From: Hydrolagus colliei
Taxonomy: Eukaryota
Direction: 5' to 3'
NCBI GenBank assembly: GCA_035084275.1
Contig: CM068745.1
Span: forward strand, 16,740,001-16,804,000
Length of the DNA: 64,000 nt
Shown here: piece by piece, positions 61,360 through 64,000 of the stretch
Position numbering within the stretch: the stretch's first letter is position 1
How the letters are laid out: every line of letters starts with the position of its first letter
Program-made: the position numbers and the translations under genes
Notes under the pieces: generated by a model
Databases searched by the model: none
The model's input: the letters and a program-made list of their open reading frames with translations, nothing else
What the model was told of the DNA's origin: nothing

Positions 61360-62659
61360 GTATGAAGAGCAAAGGAATTCTCCTTTTTAGTGTTTGCTCT
61401 CTTTCTCTGGTTTCATCCTCTTCCTACATACAGCCAGAGAACCCATCAACGATTCATATTCATCTGTCCCAAGCGAGTCCATTCTGAAATTTGAGCCCAT
61501 GCCACATAGCGCAAAGTTCTCAGTGAATGAGACTGCTGACAAGCGCTGGAGCACCATCTGGTCAAGCGCACAAAGCCTACGGACAGAGTCCGGGCTTAAT
61601 GCCTCTTCCCTTGGGTATGTCTAAAACAATCCATTTAGGCTGCCGCTGCTGGAGCGGGCCTCGCAGCAATGAGTTCAGTTCACATGGCACAGATTTGTTT
61701 ATGGGCCTGACACAAAAGAGCCACTGGTTCAGAGATCACAGGGAAGTACAAAAAGTCAGGCCAGAATCCCTGCTGCTCACTCCATTGTCCTTTGGTGCAT
61801 ATGTAGTAACATTGACTCCAATGCACACTGGGGAGTAAGCTCCACTTCACACTGTTTTCCTACAAGGCCCATTTGCACTCGTAAACATCTAAAGCAACTC
61901 TTGCTCTGAATTAAGCTGCGTTGCACAAGCACTATTCAATCCTGCGTTCAATAGTATCGTTTGCATTTGATACTTAACCACCTAAAAAAAATGCTTCACA
62001 CAGCCGTAGTCAGCTGAATCCTGGTCATTACAAACAGCAATCTGTTTTGTTAAGTTATAAGCAGAATTTCCAATTAAAAAGATTTTCTAGGAAAGAGCGG
62101 GAAAACCGACCAGAGGATATTTGATTATAATGTGGTTATTTTGGCATCCGGAGCCTGTCCTGTAGACTGACATGTCGACAGCCTCTTTGAACACATCTCC
62201 GGTGTCCAAAGCACACGAGTGTCTTGTCACGTTGCCTACAATTTCACTGATGCCAACCACAGTACTATGATCAAAGATTGAACTGAACTATGAATCTGGC
62301 TTGCACAGCTCAGTGAGTTTTCACACTGACTGACCTAGAAGAATATTTCCTCACACAGTTGGGATAGACTCCACTACTGAAGATTTGAAGTTGCGACTGA
62401 GAAACTACTGTCCCCATCATGACACCAGAGCTAAGCAGTATTTTGTTTGCCTCGCTTTGGGTTTCCAGTTGTTTATGAATGCAGTGCGATCCAAGCACCA
62501 GTAGCTTTAGGGTAATTGAGAGATGGTTGTTTCAGCCAGCTTTAAAGGGCGATGTAGTATAGATTTGCCAAGAGGGTTGTTCAGACTAAATTTGTGTTTA
62601 GTTTTTTTTAATCCCTTTCTTTCCTACACCCCCCTACACCCTCCAATCCAGCTTGTTTA

Positions 62660-62739
62660 CCCTTGTAAAAAAGTACCATGGTTATGGTGGTACTACCATA
62701 GTACTACCACCATTACCATCGTACTTTTTTTTACAAGGG
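62660..62739. repeat. 80-bp palindromic mini-element flanked by TA
   Basis: TA-CCCTTGTAAAAAAGTACCATGGTTATGGTGGTACTAC-CATA-GTACTACCACCATTACCATCGTACTTTTTTTTACAAGGG-TA. Confidence 0.8.
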
Positions 62740-64000
62740 TAGTGGGATATGTGGGTGATACTACAGACATAGCATCAGTAAAGCAGTGTTTAAAAGTCCA
62801 TGTGATAGGCTTTGTTGATAGTGGGACCTTATTTCAGAGATGCCAAGAGGCTATCCTGATTTAGATCCTCTGTAAAGTTCTGCCCAATTCCATTGCATTT
62901 GTTAACTCTTGCGTGTAGAATATGGATTCACATTCAACCCACTGAAAATAAGAAATGAAAACAAGAACAATGTAGTGCCAGCCAAGCTTTTATCAGTGAA
63001 TTGAATCTCTCTTCTCTGTCGTAACCAAAAATATGTTTCCAACTGAGCCAAAAACACTACCTCACTTCTCAAGTAGTTGATCAATTTGCATCAAAGCCAC
63101 TTTGTAAACGTTTTAAAATTCTGGAGAGGATGGGGTGAGGTGGGCAGCGGGAACAGAATCAACATAAACTTGGATTGGGTAAAATTGGTCACAAAAAAAG
63201 TCACAATTCTGCCTGAAAAGTGTGTGTGTTGGGAGGGGGGTGCGTGGGGGGAGCAATTTCAAAGTCTTTCTATTGTAGCAGAGAGTAGATTAAGTTGTTG
63301 TTTACATTGTCAGACATTGATGACTGTTTTGGCTTCAAGTTATCTTTAGTTCCATCATCTTGTTCCTACCCACATTAGAACTGCTTTACATCGTCATGCT
63401 AAGAAGGCAGGGACAATGGTAACTTTTTGTTGGTGAGAATGCCATGTCATCCATTGAAATTCAAGTGTTTGTTCTTGTGCACATTGTGCCTTTGTGCTCG
63501 GCTAACCCTTTGTTGTTCATGGACCATTGCGAATTTTGATCATTGGCCCGGGAACTGAGGAGCCAAATTACACACAACAAGTTTAAGCAAAAGTGGTTAG
63601 AAATGAATCATTCACGTTTCCAGTCTCATCAACACTGCTACTCCAGAGCAATTAGAAGGAATCTTTCTGTTTAGAATAACAGCTTTATGTTTTGTTATGC
63701 AAAAGTCTCCTATTACAATAATAATAATACTTGGGGTATAGACCTTTCATGTCGGGAGGCATTCCCAAAGCACTTCAGAGGACCTACTGTAAAATGCAGT
63801 GACTGTGTTTTGTGGGCAAATATAGCAGTACATTGTGCACAGCAGCGTGCCTCAAACATTAGGGCGTTGCTGTGTCCTGTTCGCCTACAAATTACACAGT
63901 CACTAAACTTTACATGAAATCCTCTGAAGACCTTTGAGACATCCTCCTCATGTGAAGAGCGCTTTATCAAATATAAGGATTATTTTTATTAAACTGCCCT

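Overview
Vertebrate genomic DNA, most likely from a cartilaginous fish (chimaera or shark). That assignment is an inference from the repeat set: Deu-domain and tRNA-Ala-type SINEs, L2 and CR1 LINEs, and Penelope-like remnants. Two genes diverge head-to-head, as at human 13q12. On the minus strand is the 5' end of sacsin (SACS), with coding exons at 10008-10033, 4818-4968, 2746-2836 and 1787-1872, a probable exon 1 at about 20381-20705, and the gene continuing off the left edge. On the plus strand is the 5' end of TNFRSF19/TROY, with a probable non-coding exon ending at 53221, a signal-peptide exon at 55848-55978, a CRD1 exon at 61249-61359, and the gene continuing off the right edge. All coding exons have GT-AG boundaries and compatible phases. 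The rest is intronic or intergenic and rich in transposable elements. I found no convincing wholly new biological system. The best leads are: (i) the sacsin UBL domain ends in the exact ubiquitin motif LRGG at an exon boundary; (ii) SACS exon 1 carries an ORF that is a uORF or an in-frame N-terminal extension depending on exon 2 inclusion, with an ATG created by splicing; (iii) two inverted copies of a young hAT MITE bracket SACS exons 2-3; (iv) a possible distal SACS first exon sits in the TNFRSF19 promoter; (v) there is a decayed Penelope-type hammerhead ribozyme and an 80-bp palindromic mini-element. Repeat boundaries were placed by eye and are approximate unless a TSD is given.
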